The translations under genes and the position numbers were made by a program. A model generated the notes under the pieces. The model was not told where the DNA came from, did not search any database, and saw nothing but the letters and a program-made list of their open reading frames with translations. A stretch of DNA of 64,000 bases, from NCBI GenBank assembly GCA_002633005.1, contig NMRA01000121.1:794897-858896 (forward strand), read 5' to 3'. This document shows, in pieces, positions 36,560-50,750 of the stretch. This DNA comes from Phoronis australis (lineage: Eukaryota > Animalia > Phoronida). Numbering within the stretch: the stretch's first letter is position 1; every line of letters starts with the position of its first letter.

Positions 36560-37360
36560 AAAGAATGAACTACGAGATCGTGACGTCATCGTTACATCAT
36601 GTTACATCATCCCTCCCAGCAGGTTTCATCCATTCTCCAATCCCAGCCAAGATAACAGAGAAGCCCGCGAACCTGACTATCCAATTAAACCTCATGTAAC
36701 ATATGCACTGGCTCACTACACTCGCACCGACTATCAAAGACACGTTGTTATAAATACCTTTTGCGCATAGAGGAACACCTTAGGAGGTTGTCGATGTGTT
36801 TAATTCCTTCCAACTCAAACAAATACTCCCGTTATCAAACTTTTTCTTCGAGCAGTCCCTATTTCAGTTCCCAAAATCGTGAACTCAACATTTTCACTCG
36901 GCGCACGCCAAGAGATATGACATACTCATTATTTTAACCAGGCCGAAGGTCAGAAGTTGCGGTCCTACCGGCGAACTTTGAAAGCTGAAGTTCCCGTCCT
37001 TTGCGTACGTGCTGCCGGGAACCAGCCGTGCATTTGCTGTGTTGTTAAACATTAACATGTCAAATATGCACAAAGACTATTAAATGTCATATCAACTGCA
37101 TTTATTTTTATCAAATACAAACAATAATTCATTGAAATACAATCAGTTTCAAGTAACGCCAATTAAAGACAATTAGTAGTGGTGGCATTTTGGAAACGAA
37201 CATTTGACTGACAAGACCGCAATGGCTCACCTTTGGCCTATATAAAGATTGAGGTCATGAAGTCACATCACCTAGCGAGCGCGGTAAAAATTGGAGCGTG
37301 CGCAGTATAAAAATGGCGAGTTCACGAATTTGGGAACTGAACGAGTGACTGCTCGAACAA

Positions 37361-38530
37361 CAGTGGCGGACGGATCTACGGGGGGGTTCAGGGGGTTTAA
37401 ACCCCCCCCCTCGGGCCAGGACCCAAAAATTAAAAAAAAAAACAAANNNNNNNNNNNNNNNNNNNNNNNNNNNNNNNNNNNNNNNNNNNNNNNNNNNNNN
37501 NNNNNNNNNNNNNNNNNNNNNNNNNNNNNNNNNNNNNNNNNNNNNNNNNNNNNNNNNNNNNNNNNNNNNNNNNNNNNNNNNNNNNNNNNNNNNNNNNNNN
37601 NNNNNNNNNNNNNNNNNNNNNNNNNNNNNNNNNNNNNNNNNNNNNNNNNNNNNNNNNNNNNNGTGTACTCTTGGTCTCGTGACGGACCAGGTCAGCTTTT
37701 TGTGTACTCTCAGTGTACATCTGGTCCCTCTGCAAACTAGTCCAGTGTATCTTTTCACCACTGTGCACAGGATGTTTTGGTTTCGTGAAACTGTTTTCAG
37801 ATGATTTGTTTCCTGATAGATTTGACGTTTTTCAATTGTTGTCAACGTGATTCAGCTTAATAAAGTGATACCTAATTATTTATTGTCGCTTTTAATAATA
37901 AACTATGAGTTGAGAGCACCATCGTTCCCCAGTTTTTCTCGTAACGAGACAGAACACATGTTTATTTTCGGACTAACAGTAGAGGTCTTCGTTCTTAAAC
38001 AACTTGAGGCTGCTGTTATGCGATCATCTGATATTCAAATTTTTACGCCACGTCGGTGCTCCTTAATTATGCTCTTGAATATTTGGAAATTGTCTAAACC
38101 CCTGTACATACACCACACTTTTTCGTATACGACTTTTTGTATGCTAAAAAAGGTGTGTGTAAGCAGATGTTCCAACAAATTTTTTTTCTGGTGGCGTGAC
38201 TCATACCCAGATGTGCACAATATGGTTTCAAGAAACTTATGTGCCAAGTTCATGTGACGAAATCGAGAAGAGTTTTTAATTATCTTAAGAAAAACTCCAG
38301 AGACATGTTAAGTGCCAGAAACTTACCAGGATGCATGGAAATTTCACTATTTGGCTACAAAAACAAAAAAAAATGTCTTTCACGGGAGGGGAAACCCCCC
38401 TCCCAACCTCCCNCCGCCACTGAACAAAAAGTTCGATTACGGGAGTATTTGTTCGTGGTTCAGTTTGCGCAAATGCTTACAGCCGGACAAAATGTTGGGC
38501 CCCCTTTGTGATATCCTAGATCCGCCACTC
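37361..38530. mobile_element. CAGTGGCGGA-family element(s) spanning an assembly gap
   Basis: CAGTGGCGGACGGATCTACGGGGGG at the left and CTAGATCCGCCACT at the right; may be two separate elements. Confidence 0.45.
37447..37662. other. Assembly gap (216 N)
   Basis: Run of N. Confidence 0.99.
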
Positions 38531-41500
38531 GTGAAATTATAGGCCTAGGCCTACTGTAGTCTGTTGCAACAACCTCTCAAGCAGCAGCCAATAACTGACA
38601 CGAAGTGAAGTATAGCAGACACCGATGTTGAAAAAAGTCATGTCAATACCAGAAGGCTTATAAATGCTCATTGAACAACATTGTTGCACTATAGCATGGG
38701 CTTCTGAAATAAAATTCATGACCGCCACCGGCGGTTTGGCGTCGAACCAGTCTGTTATACATGGAAACGGGACATGGTCGTTCAGTTTCAGTGATCCGGG
38801 TATCAAGCAGGCTTGCATTCTTTAACAATAATCATGGAAGAGTCATTCAAATCATGATAATCTAAATGGTAAAAACAGGGTTCACTAAGTTTAAAGGTGT
38901 AAAATGGGGACCGTACACACTAGGAGCAGATAAACTCAATTAAAATAGCCAAGAAGATAGCCAACACAACTCGTCTGACTAGACCGTAAGCCCAAGAACA
39001 ATTACTGAGTGAAAACTTTTAAATTTTAGTTACCAGTGTCTTGTACCCNCCCCCCCCCCCCCCACAGACAGTTCATAGTAAACAGGCTTTCGTGGTCAAA
39101 ACTTAGTGCATTTTATGTTTGTCTAAAAAAGGATTAATTCGTCCTCTTCTGTTTACTGCAGTTGTGCCGGGATGTGGATGAGCCGGCCGTGACCCCGGTG
39201 CTGCCGGCGTGAGCCCGTGCTAATACTGAACGCTAATTCATACTTCCATGAGACTGACGATTTCCGTGTAAATTAATGCAGACATACGCCACACTCTATG
39301 CACATGATCAGACAATTGTAATGGAAGATTCGAAACCTAAACAAATCAAGAAACTTAATCGACAGTCGTATGTACTTATTTCCAGACAGCGGCTACGTGT
39401 CTGTGCGACACCTACTGTCATAGTTACGACACAAACACACAGTTCTTCCTTACCACCGGATTCAATCGCGGTGCGTACCTTCTCAAGCTACCAATTGACT
39501 ACAAAAAATGCTTCTGGGCCAGAAGTACAACATGAGGGAACTCGATCTCCAATGATTTTTCGTACGTAGTTTATGTCTACGCAACAAATGTTCGTGAGAA
39601 AAGAATTTTGTTTAATTCAAAGGCGTGAACTAAGACGATAACTTATAACAAAAGAAATCAGTTTTTAAAAAAGAATTTTGATTGGTTGGGAAAAGAAATA
39701 CAACTTGTGAGAGAAATCATAAATGTGTTCATGAGGAAAAAACGCTGGGAAGTTGGAAAATGGCCGTTAGGTTGGTGAAACTCGGACTGCGCCTCAAAAT
39801 TTAGACAGTGCAGTATTCTATATTAGCCTATATTGTGGTTACAATGTTGCAATTTTACGAAACCTTTGTATATAAAAGAAATAAGACAAATGAAGGTTGG
39901 CATCTGAGAAAATAATTCTTCAAAGACTCAATGTTACTGGGTTTTTTATAAGGAAGTTTTGGAACACACAAATAAATTTATTGCAGTTATAATGGGGTCA
40001 ATAGGACATGGCGACAAAGCCAATATAAAGGTGGGTTTACAAAGGGGTAACGTTTTACCTTGACAATTGCCCAGGTGTCAAGCAGATCTCAAGGGAGGCT
40101 GTTGAGACCATGGTCACTGTTATATTTATCTTTCGAGTCGCTTCCTGCGCAGAAAAAAAATTAGCTCCCTTTCAATAAATGTACGTCACAAACACTTTTG
40201 TCGGGACACTTCTATTATAGCATGTCGTAAAACAACGAAATAGTTTAACCATGTTTGCAAACATCAGTAAATATTTTCCCAGCGTAAATGAAAGCCGAGT
40301 ACAAACGCATTCAATAGAATGCGTGTCTGTCTTTACCTACAGCAAAATATTTGAATTTGCGTTTACCCATCATTTCGCTCGTTTAATGTTTGTGCTTGAT
40401 CGTTCGCTCAGCCAGTGTAAACTATTGTTTTCTTTTCGCAAAACACCTCCTATATCGCGCGAGTGTGTAAAAGCATGTGCAAATTCGCACCGTGTGTAAA
40501 CACTCGTATCCGCTAAAGCGCCAGTGTTTACTTAACCGACAATAGGTTAACCAATTAATAATATAATTACACAGTTTAGGAAAATAAGTACACAATGTTA
40601 TTCAAAATCTTTTCATGACCGAGTGTTCTAAACTCAATCCATGTGACTACCATAAGTTTACAGGTAGCATGAAGAAAGGTAGTGTCCGAAACGATCGCAG
40701 CAGGTGCGGTGCCTAGAACCTTTGCGGAAGACACTTCAAGGTATTTATTCATATTACTCCTTAATAAGCAGGATTTTCATCGCGTACAAGTAACACAATT
40801 TTGATATAAAACATAAAACGTTTTCCTTTCGCGCCGTCAATTCTAACAGTGCATCATAGAATAGTGAAGTTTATTAAATCTGTTAAAGACTGTCGCCAGC
40901 AGTTCTGTAGTTCGGAAATTATCCTTAATCGTTCGTATACGATCTCACTGCTGAAAAATCTCAGAAAACGAAAGTTTGTCATATTTACACTGATTACTTG
41001 AAAATTCAATCTCCGTAGTTGCAATACCGCAGTTTGTCCGACCAGTGGGATTATTCCACAACACTCATGATTTTCTAATTAGCTTATCGCATACTCTCAA
41101 CAATCCAATTATGTTATGATCGATAGGTAGGCCTGACACCCGCCCGTCGCTTAAGACCCTTTACTTGACGTCATTTGCGTCGGTCTGTAATTAAAGTTTT
41201 GCAAGATATCGCAAAATAAAGATGTAATTAATTCATGATTTCTTTATGGGCTTATCGCTGTTTCGAACGAGTGTATTGACAGGTGGTTGAAAACAGATTG
41301 TGCTAACGTGAAGAATTCCCAAGACTAAATGTTATCTCGATGACAGGTTAGTCACGCCCGTGGTAACACGTTCAAGAACAGCAGAGGCGTCACGAGGCCT
41401 GACGAAGATGGCCGTAAAGTTACCGTTGCTACAGCAAGGAGGATACCTGGGGCTTCAACAAATGCATCTGAAGGTAATGATTAGAATAGAACTGAGAATT

Positions 41501-44334
41501 TAATGTCAGACTACACGTGTATGCAGCATGGTGAGCTTACAGCGGTCTGTTGGAGCGAAAGTCAGCGAAATCTATTGGAGAATTCATACCCGTCGGAGCG
41601 TCGCGTTCAACAGAATGCTAAATCCACGTGAAATAAACTTTACTTGTCATAAAAAAGAACGTGTCACAAGTCAATTGCTATTTTCGTTTTTCTTAAGAGG
41701 ACAGACGGTTTCGCTGATCCGCGCTTTTAAAGTAGAATCGAACGGAATTCATATGGTTACACAAAGACGTATTAAGAAATCGGCAGCAGAGAATTATGAA
41801 ATGAAGTATGAAAGATTGCATTCAATCTGAACTCTTTGGTCGTATTCACAGATGCCTGGCTGGTAGTTATAATTGTTTATTTCAAAAACATGCAAGTGAA
41901 AAAGCAGAGTTAATTTGTTTTTATGAGTTGACGGAATTGGCATTTCAACGCTCTTTGTGCCTCAGCTATACAAGTTAGTAATCAATGATAAAAATTGTAC
42001 CTCAACTGATCGCAAATTGCAGTATTACAATCCAAGTGATTATGATTAACCGATTTTATGGTACTATTACATGAATACATATTAATCTGCCTGTTGTAAT
42101 TGACATTAAAGACGTTTAATTTATCAAATCAATAACATCGTTAGTCTAACTCAACTTGTACAGGGTTTAACCATAAGAAGTACGCTTAGTAACGAAAGAC
42201 GATCAGGACAGATCGATAAATGCCAAATGAATAAAAAACACTTTGAAGATACTCTTTACCTTTCACTTTACTTCGAAACTGCAAAAAGCGAACAACTTTA
42301 ACACGAACTGTGTTATAAAAAAAATAATCCCAGTATGTGCCCCAGATTGTCACATTATACATATTCCAGTATGTGCCCCAGATATTGTCACATTAAATGT
42401 AGTTTCAACAAAAAATCTGAATATAATGCTTCAATCTCTGATGGTGTGCTACTATATGGCAGGTAGTTACGAATTTCACTTTTCATGAGCTTGGATTGTA
42501 AAAAAACAAATACGCGCAGGGCTGCAATATTTACGAAATGGAATTATTGACTTTCACCGAGGTCAATATGTTGGTTTTCTCACCCCAAAAATGAGATAAT
42601 AGCCGAGCCTTATTGCACCCACTATGTAAATTCATGGAAGGGGCTTGTTTGGGCTTTTGATTGGGTATGCCGATCATTCGTCCGGTTAGTTAGCTACCAT
42701 TTTTTGCCCCAAACGTTAAAGAGATGTTTTGCAAAAAAACTTCAAGAAGGTATTTGGAATAAACAAAGGAGCAATCGATTATATTTTTGGGAAATATGTT
42801 ATATTTTGATGTCAGTCATGCAATGGTCTTTTTTAATGCAAAACTATCGGCAAATGTCATTTGGTTGGTTATACCAATGCAATCGCAAGCCGGGTTTCCG
42901 AGGCGACGCTGAGTCCGCGCAAATGACGTGTATATAGTAAGAGAATAGTTTAACCTTTGAAAGCACGCTTTTTGTGTAGTAGCGTGATGGTGGGACCTGC
43001 AATGCCTTGATACTGGTTTGTATTAACCTGGCAGTTTACATTTTTCGGTTATGTACGAATGTGACGTCAGAATTCGGATAACCTAAAATATTTTCGAGTT
43101 AGTGGCGCAGTGGAAAATAATGGCTTGCGAACGAGAAGATCCAGAGATCGAATCACGATGAAATTTGCATTACTTTACGGAATGTTTTTAAAATCGTGTT
43201 ACCACCGTGACAACAACTGTCAATATGAACGGTCAATATAGAGAACTATTGACTCCGAAAATACCAGTTTAAAATTTTATAGTCTGTCTAAATCGCATAA
43301 TAATTTATGATAGCATCACGTCGGTGAAACTCCTTCTGTGTTCGCTAAAAAGTGTTGACGTATCTTTGCTGGATTTCTAGATCACAATAAAATTTGCACT
43401 TCAAATTAATAACAGCAACTCCTGACTTCATGCTATTAACCTTAAAACTGGCGGCCAAGTTATTTCTTTTGTGAATATTGTAATTCTAGAAGATTGCAAT
43501 TAGAGCCCGAGATTTGATCTGTATACTAGAAACTTGTCTCAAAATTGACAAATTACACGGCAAGCTTTGAGTCAGTAGACTTAAAGTATTGTACTAAGAT
43601 AATGCGGCTTGACTGGTTAAATTTCGAATCTTTGGGTGTGAGTCCAGACTGATTTCGGAGACCCTGGGTCCAGGTGTGTGTGCATCACGGAAGGTTTCAC
43701 GATATCTTCACGGTTGTAGCCGTGAAGGGCGAGAGTCGCAACAGCACCGTTCCGTAGCCGCAAAAGACTAGCAAGGCACTTGCGGTGAGTTCTTTTGTCT
43801 TATGGAACGGTAATGGCCTTTTTGCGATTCATCTCCCCCAATTGAGTCGACTATGATCACGCTGTGTGTGTTGCGACGGGCTTAGATCATCAGCAGAACT
43901 TTTTCGCCCATGCGTAAATATTCACTAAAACGCCGTATGCACCCTAGAGATAATTTTGTGTCGTGTTTGATGATGAAAGAGAAATACGATATTTGAACTC
44001 AATACTCTATACATTTCCAAGCGAAGAAGCGTCGCCTACAACTTTTGCTGCCTCGAAACTGCTCATGTTGTATCCTGTCGTTGTCTTAGTGCTATCTCGC
44101 AAACGACAAGTACGGATTGTTAATAAAGACAGGTGGATTACTGGAAGACCACAGTTAATATAGGCTTTAAATTGTAAAATAGAGGATGCCCTTCTGTCTT
44201 TGTTTTTCTGAGAATCGCCCGAAATAGTTACAAACGGACGTGACAATCCACCAGTCTGAAAACCATTGGAGCCAGGTTATGCGATGGAAATTAAAGCTTT
44301 TAAATGTAGACCGTGCTTAATAACCGCATTGTAG

Positions 44335-44569
44335 CATGCGCGTACTCCCCCCCCAATTGGCAAAGTGGGTAAAAAGGTCCGCCCCTGAGAGACAAAAAGT
44401 CAGAGAAAATGGGACAAAAGCCCACTAAATAAGGGAAAACGCGAAACGCGCAATTCATAGAGTTGCTCCCGTTTTTTTTTTTTTTAGTCCGCCAGCCCTT
44501 TTGTTAGCAAATGGTCCACAACGTCGGGAATTCGAGCCCTCCCCATATCGAACGCTGGGTGCGCGCATG
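44335..44569. mobile_element. MITE with CATGCGCG(T/C)AC TIRs
   Basis: CATGCGCGTAC...GTGCGCGCATG flanked by direct repeat TGTAG. Confidence 0.7.
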
Positions 44570-47500
44570 TGTAGGTAAACTTTCCGGAGATGTAAACTTG
44601 AAGGCAACTGTTCGCCTGTTCACAAAGTGCGTAAGTGATATCAGCAGCTAAAGCCAATAACTTGCCGTCGTTCTACGCAAGACTTCCCAATCGCTTAGCA
44701 ATGGAAGTGGCATATCAGTTATCGCGCCCGATACGCTGTTCATTGTTTTTACTTAAACAGAAATGGTTCCCATATAAAGAACCTTGGTTCCTTTATTTGG
44801 TGTGTGGTTACAGATGCTGATTATATCATTACTGGTGTAAACACGAGGCCTTGACGCGTTTATGACGCGATGGACTGGGGAAATTCAGCGTTCCACTATA
44901 TAAAAAGAGAAAAACCATAGGGAATTGAAAACGTGATTTGTATGGCTATTCACTTCTTAGGGATGGTGAGGATATTCATTGAAACCATCGTATACAAAAG
45001 CCATGAAAGTTTCAGCCGCAAGCAGCGTCATTTCAATAAAAGACTCTTTCAGAGCACGAATGGCAAAAGAATACTTTTGGAACTGGGATCTCAGAAATAT
45101 GGCATTTTTGGCAACGCGATGCCGCATTGACATCCTTTCAAAAATTTAAATCGAGTTCCATGTGCCAGGTGAATATTTAGAAATGTGTTAATTTACATTT
45201 ACGCGGCCTCTGAAGGTAATGTAAATGTACACCCAAATGTAGGGATCATTTGCGTTTACATGACGAAAATACATACCATAAGTAAATATGCGATGTATTC
45301 GGTGTAATACGCATGATAATCGGAACAGCTCTTCTGAATATTAACTATAACATTTTATTACTTCTATTGAAAATAAAAGGTGCCACTTTTTTCAAATTCT
45401 TCAGCATCACCATGCTATCATTTCCTGTTTAGGAATTTTTGCCCGCTTTGAAAAAAAATAGCCACGTTGATCGAACATGACTATTTTGATAGCCTGAGAA
45501 GGCTAACTAGAATATACACAGTAGCTATGTCATGTCGGTTCATTTTTGCGGCGACTCCCAATATTCACGCATCACCAGCACGCAATTGGCCAAATTCAGA
45601 CTATATCTAATTATAAGCGAACGCCATGATTTAGATAAACAATTCATATCTCCAGAGGTCTATACGCAACGTGTCTTTACTATAATTGTGAATGTCGGTT
45701 GAAACATGTGAAACTCAGCTCTGTCGGTCTATGTCAGTAGTAGACGATTGTATGGTATTATCTCGACAACGGCCCAAACTCCACTGGACAGCAAACCCTG
45801 TGGTAAAGAACCAAAACATCAAGTGAACGGGTCAACTGATTGAATGGCAACAGACGGATCATTTTCACCAAACAGACAAGGGACTTTGTGACAGACATGG
45901 TACTTATGCAAACCCAGCGATCAATTTCTTCCAAACAAGCAAGTCGGTATTTTGTTCAAAGTGGTACATCCAACAAATTCATGACAAGCTTGACATTCAC
46001 TTTTTGACGATTTGAAATTTGTTTTTGTGCAAGGGTTTTTCTTTGATTGAAAATATTAGACGGTCTCGCTCATAATTTTTGTAACAGAGTTAGAACCTTA
46101 CGTTCAAAAATTAAATTGGTTCACCCTGAAATAGCCGTAAGATTAAAATGCGAAATAAAAACATGTTAAATTGAACAAGCAGCCAGCGTGAACCCGTGTC
46201 TATTATTTACTTTTAAATAAAGCCGATCGAGGTGATGTTCTATCGTAACAGATCCACAAAAAAACTTATTTGCTAAAAGCTTTAGGCTGGATATTTCATG
46301 CCAATTTGTAGTCAAGGCCGCCTAGTATAAATAGATGATATGAGTTGGGACTACAAGACCTCAGCTGTTGTACACGATGCGTCATTGTATGCTGTTTGTT
46401 ATTCGTTCGAAAGATTCAATCCGATTTTCCGTTTTGTACTGACAGGTGAATCGCAGGTGTCTTCACGCGTTTGGTAAGGAATTTTCTGGGGCCGTGAGGC
46501 CAAGGTAAATATGTTGCCTTCGTGAGTTGGCCGGTGTGATAGGAATTTCTCGCACTAAAGTTCGGTACTATTGATACGACGTTCCTGTACCGTTCGAATC
46601 AACCACATAAGTTGCGTTCCTTATATTACCTTACGGGAACTATAATAATAGATTTTGACGTCAAGATAAAAATACTTCAGACAGATCTGAGGGAATTTTA
46701 GACAGAATTTCTAGGTCAATTTGTAGTATTTTCAGAAAGAAATCTTTCTTTAGCTTGCAACAGAATAATCAGCTAGTAAAACTATGTGCTACGGAAACGG
46801 CAATAATGTATCGTTCGGGAACCAAGTACTACAGGCTGGTGCATTTAACCATACGGGTGACAATAATGGTCTCGGTAGTTGATTTTAAGCTTTGAAATAG
46901 GGCTATAACAATGTAACTACAGGAAAATTTTGACCCTATAATAGATTGGGCTTTGCATGAATTCCAAAAAAAATATTCATCAAATATTGATGAGAAGTAT
47001 ATAATTGAGACACGGGGCGCGTGCTCGTCCTGTCTATGGTTAACAAATAAGTTGATTTCTTCTGGAAAAACAAAATTTTTATCAAAACACAGTCTTTTGT
47101 CAATTCACTTTTTCTTAGCAAACAGCTAACCCGACGGTCAGTGTGTTCGGGCGAATACTCAACCCCGTCAGCTCAAATTCAATCTACAGAACACGAATCA
47201 AATGTATTGTTTAAATATGTACATGTATATGCATCAATGATACACTTGATCGACTTGTTTCAATCACACTTTTGAATCGTTTGTTTATTGACGCTCGGGC
47301 GACTGAAACTCCGAATCAGGGTTGCCATGCGCGTTACAATACGGCAAATATTGACTCAATGTTTACCAATCAGAAAACGTGGCGCAATGTGTTTACTAGA
47401 ATAAACTAACAGCTGTATACCCACAAAAGATTAAATCGGTGCTAGACAAGAGTATGAAAAGCCCCTTTACATTCGCTTTGTACGCGACCACTATGGCTAC

Positions 47501-47860
47501 GCCAGCGAATGAGTTGCTCGGTCGCTTCGTTTTTTAGCTATGCTCGCCTGTAAAGTGACACTGTGCGAATTTACGGATTATCGGTCTAAATAGGATGGAC
47601 TATGGATACACGTAGCGAAAGACATGTCGTTTACACTGTGGACCCGGAACTGGAATAGATAAAACATTGTTTGTGAAATGTATCGAGCTTGTCAGCGTTG
47701 CTCAGGTGTTATCGTCATGTTAATATGATTTCACATCTCGATATGGTTCGTCTCGTTTAATTATTTTACAAACATGAGACGAGTAAAAAGTGCGTTCGCT
47801 GACTCCCGCACTTTGTATTTACAGACTCCTGGGTCCAATTGTCCACTAGATCGGCTTACG

Positions 47861-48648
47861 ATGGATATCAACCGGAGACAGTCTATAAGCAGAACTCAGA
47901 CCCACAGGGAACAGCAAGGACAAGAACGAGAACAGTTAGCTAAGGCGGGGTTGGTAAGCTCGTCTCTGGCTAGACATGGAAAGAGATTATTTGAAGATGC
48001 TGTCTGTAGGGTCGGTCGTGGTGACCCGTCGACACCGACTCGCCAGCGAAGCCGATCCTGGCAGTGTGGAGGACCACTAAGGTGTTACTCGGGTCCTACC
48101 TACTCGGGTAGTCCTTTGCATAACAAACGTGCCAAATTGATGAATGAAATCCGAACTCGGGCGAAGACGGCCAGTTACGGCGAGTCTTTCAACCATGAGC
48201 GGTCGATGAGACTGCCAAATATCGAAGAGACCATCAATAAATACGGAAATGAATTTAAAGTGGTGACCAAGTCCTGGAATGGCAACAGCATGAACACACA
48301 GAACATGATTTTGGTGAGAATCAGTGTAGATAATGAAATGCTTGCGCGAGACGATTCCTGTCAACGCGAGCAAACGGCAAGAATGCTGGGAAGCGAGGAC
48401 GGCACGTGCAGCAGAAAGAGTGACGTCATTAGCATGGACGACGCTGCTTCAGTAGAGGTTAAAGACACGGACAATGCTAATCAGGGCATTTTAAAAGGTC
48501 CTGCGGATATAGTCATGGACCAGGAACAGAATGAAGACGCGGAGGTAATAGAACAGGAAGTGAAAACTACAACCAGCCCCCAATTGTTACCGCCAAGTCA
48601 AAATTCGCGACCAAAGACAGCACCGAGGGAGCCAGTATCCTCGAACAG
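47861..48648 (+). CDS. Uncharacterised protein, first coding exon (ORF open from 47774; ATG at 47861 preferred because of the acceptor at 47824)
   Basis: Longest ORF in the window (292 codons); donor CAG|GTAATT at 48649; phase 2. Confidence 0.75.
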
Positions 48649-50186
48649 GTAATTTTAAATCTTAAATTTTAAATATTTCTAAAAGATTAGTGAAACCAAA
48701 TGTATAACACGAAAACGTGTCTCAAAACCGGATTAAAATTAATCCCCTTTAATTCAAAATGTTGATCTATACAAATGTTAGAGAGTGCTTTAAAATACTT
48801 CAACTTGTGTTTGTGAAGCTTCATTTCAAATCAATAAAAGTACCCGGGACATAAAGCAACGGCCATACTATCATAAGCTCTTCCTTTGCCTAAGCTGTCT
48901 GATTAAATTTATCGATGACCATTTTTAAACAATCTTGTTAAAATAGATTCAATTTTATCGTATGAAGCTCTGTGCTCCTGGATGGATATCAATGTCATGA
49001 TATGAAAGGCTTCGTCGTATAACAAAACCTGACCTTCCACAACTGCTTGGTGAAGAATACGTCACGCAATCCTAATGCTCGTTCAGTCAGTCGTTGCTAT
49101 TACAATAGACCTTGGGCGAAATCTATCCCTGGTCTCCCAACTGCAACTTAGTTTTGATATATTTAATAACATTCTTTAATTTAGTATTAACAAAAGATAT
49201 GTTTTTGATTTTGTGCACCAGTAGGTTTTTGGCTGATGAGAACATAATCCAATATTGAAGCTATGTTTTCGAGCTTGAACTCGAAATCTCGACTTAATAG
49301 CTTGAATCTTGGAGACACCAAATTCAAACTCGAGTTATGTATACAACTGCCTAAATCATGCGGTGCATATCAATTCAATGAAAAATCTTACCGGGCACAC
49401 GGAAGCTGTGCGAATGTATAAAACTGTATGCAAGCCAGCATAAACATACAAAGCATAATTGCGGGTAAAAAAATTGGCCAGGTCAGAACTTTAAAATCCA
49501 CAATACAACACAGCGTAGGTCAATAGGTAACTAAGAAGTCTCGTTTCTTCTCACGACGCGAAATGGGAATTAATTAAAGTTGTATTTAATCCGATATTTT
49601 AAAACACCACTTGACCACTTAAACTACGTATCCCGTTGGTATTTTGATGTTCAGCTAACCAGAAAAAATCAAAGATATGCCACTTTTATCAACAAAATCA
49701 GTCACAAATTCTTGCAGATTCGTTGGTTTAGTAAGCATATTTCACATTTCTTTATCAAACAGAGTGGAACGGAAGTACAGTTGTGACTGTTTGAATTCGA
49801 ATATAGTTTTATCAGCTGTTGAAAACTTGGAAATTTTTGACGAAGCTCGATAAGTTAACAAGCGTGCCCAGGGTATTCGTCCTTTTAGAGAGTAAGTGCG
49901 ATTCAAAGGTACATTTTTGTGAACTTCTATGGAAACGCAGCTTTTGTAGAGGGTTTTCAAGGGATGTTATTGGTTTTACGGCCGAAAATGCATTTTTGGA
50001 GCTATTGTTGGGTGGAATAAATAGACTTCTTGAAGTTATTAGCTTTGACTATACAAAACAAAGAAATCCGTTATTTTGTGTCACTTAATCACAAATCGCC
50101 AATTTTCACCGCTGCCCACTTGCCAGTCGCTGCAATCGAGGCTGGTGACTACACGAGTCGGTAAAAACACTCTTCCGTTTACCGAG

Positions 50187-50253
50187 TGGAGTTTATAGCT
50201 CGACCAGCTGAGCGTTATGCGCCGACCGCGGGTTTTGTAGGTTCGATTCCACG
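50187..50253 (+). mobile_element. tRNA-like (SINE head or pseudo-tRNA) sequence; second copy near 52512-52580
   Basis: A-box-like TAGCTCGACCAG and B-box GGTTCGATTCC at tRNA-like spacing; no convincing cloverleaf. Confidence 0.35.
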
Positions 50254-50382
50254 TTGAGAATGACCGCAGAAAATCACATTTCTCGCCGATAATGTCCTAT
50301 AAATGTTCTTCTTAAATCAAAAGTGAATGATAAAGATTGTGCAGCAACGCAAAAATCAAATCCCATAACCCTGGTAAATTCG

Positions 50383-50750
50383 AAACCCTTGTGTTACAAA
50401 CATAAACCCTTCTGTAGTGCATGCATCGCTACAAACATAAACCCTTCTGTAGTGCATCGTTACTAACATAAACCCTTCTGTAGTGCACCGTTACAAACAT
50501 AAACCCTTCTGTAGTGCACCGTTGCAAACATAGACCCTTCTGTAGCGCATCGTTACAAACATAAACCGTTCTGTAGTGCCTCGTTACAAACATAAACCCT
50601 TCTGTAGTGCATCGTTACAAACGTAAACCCTTGTGTAGTGCATCGTTACAAACATAAGCCCTTCTGTAGTGCATCGTTACAAACATAAGCCCTCCTGTAG
50701 TGCATCGTTGCAAACATAAACCCTTTTGTAGTGCATCGTTACAAACATAA
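50383..50750. repeat. Minisatellite, 31-bp unit AAACATAAACCCTTCTGTAGTGCATCGTTAC; second array at about 52708-53004
   Basis: 31-bp periodicity (TCGTTAC at 50581 and 50612). Confidence 0.93.

Noticed and set aside
37255-37845. Long ORFs of 112-196 aa
   Set aside because: Open only because they cross the 216-N gap.
50187-50253. Functional tRNA gene
   Set aside because: A/B-box-like motifs are present but I could not fold acceptor and anticodon stems; kept only as a low-confidence tRNA-derived relic. Similar weak relics near 43100-43160 (+) and 19250-19305 (-) were not called.
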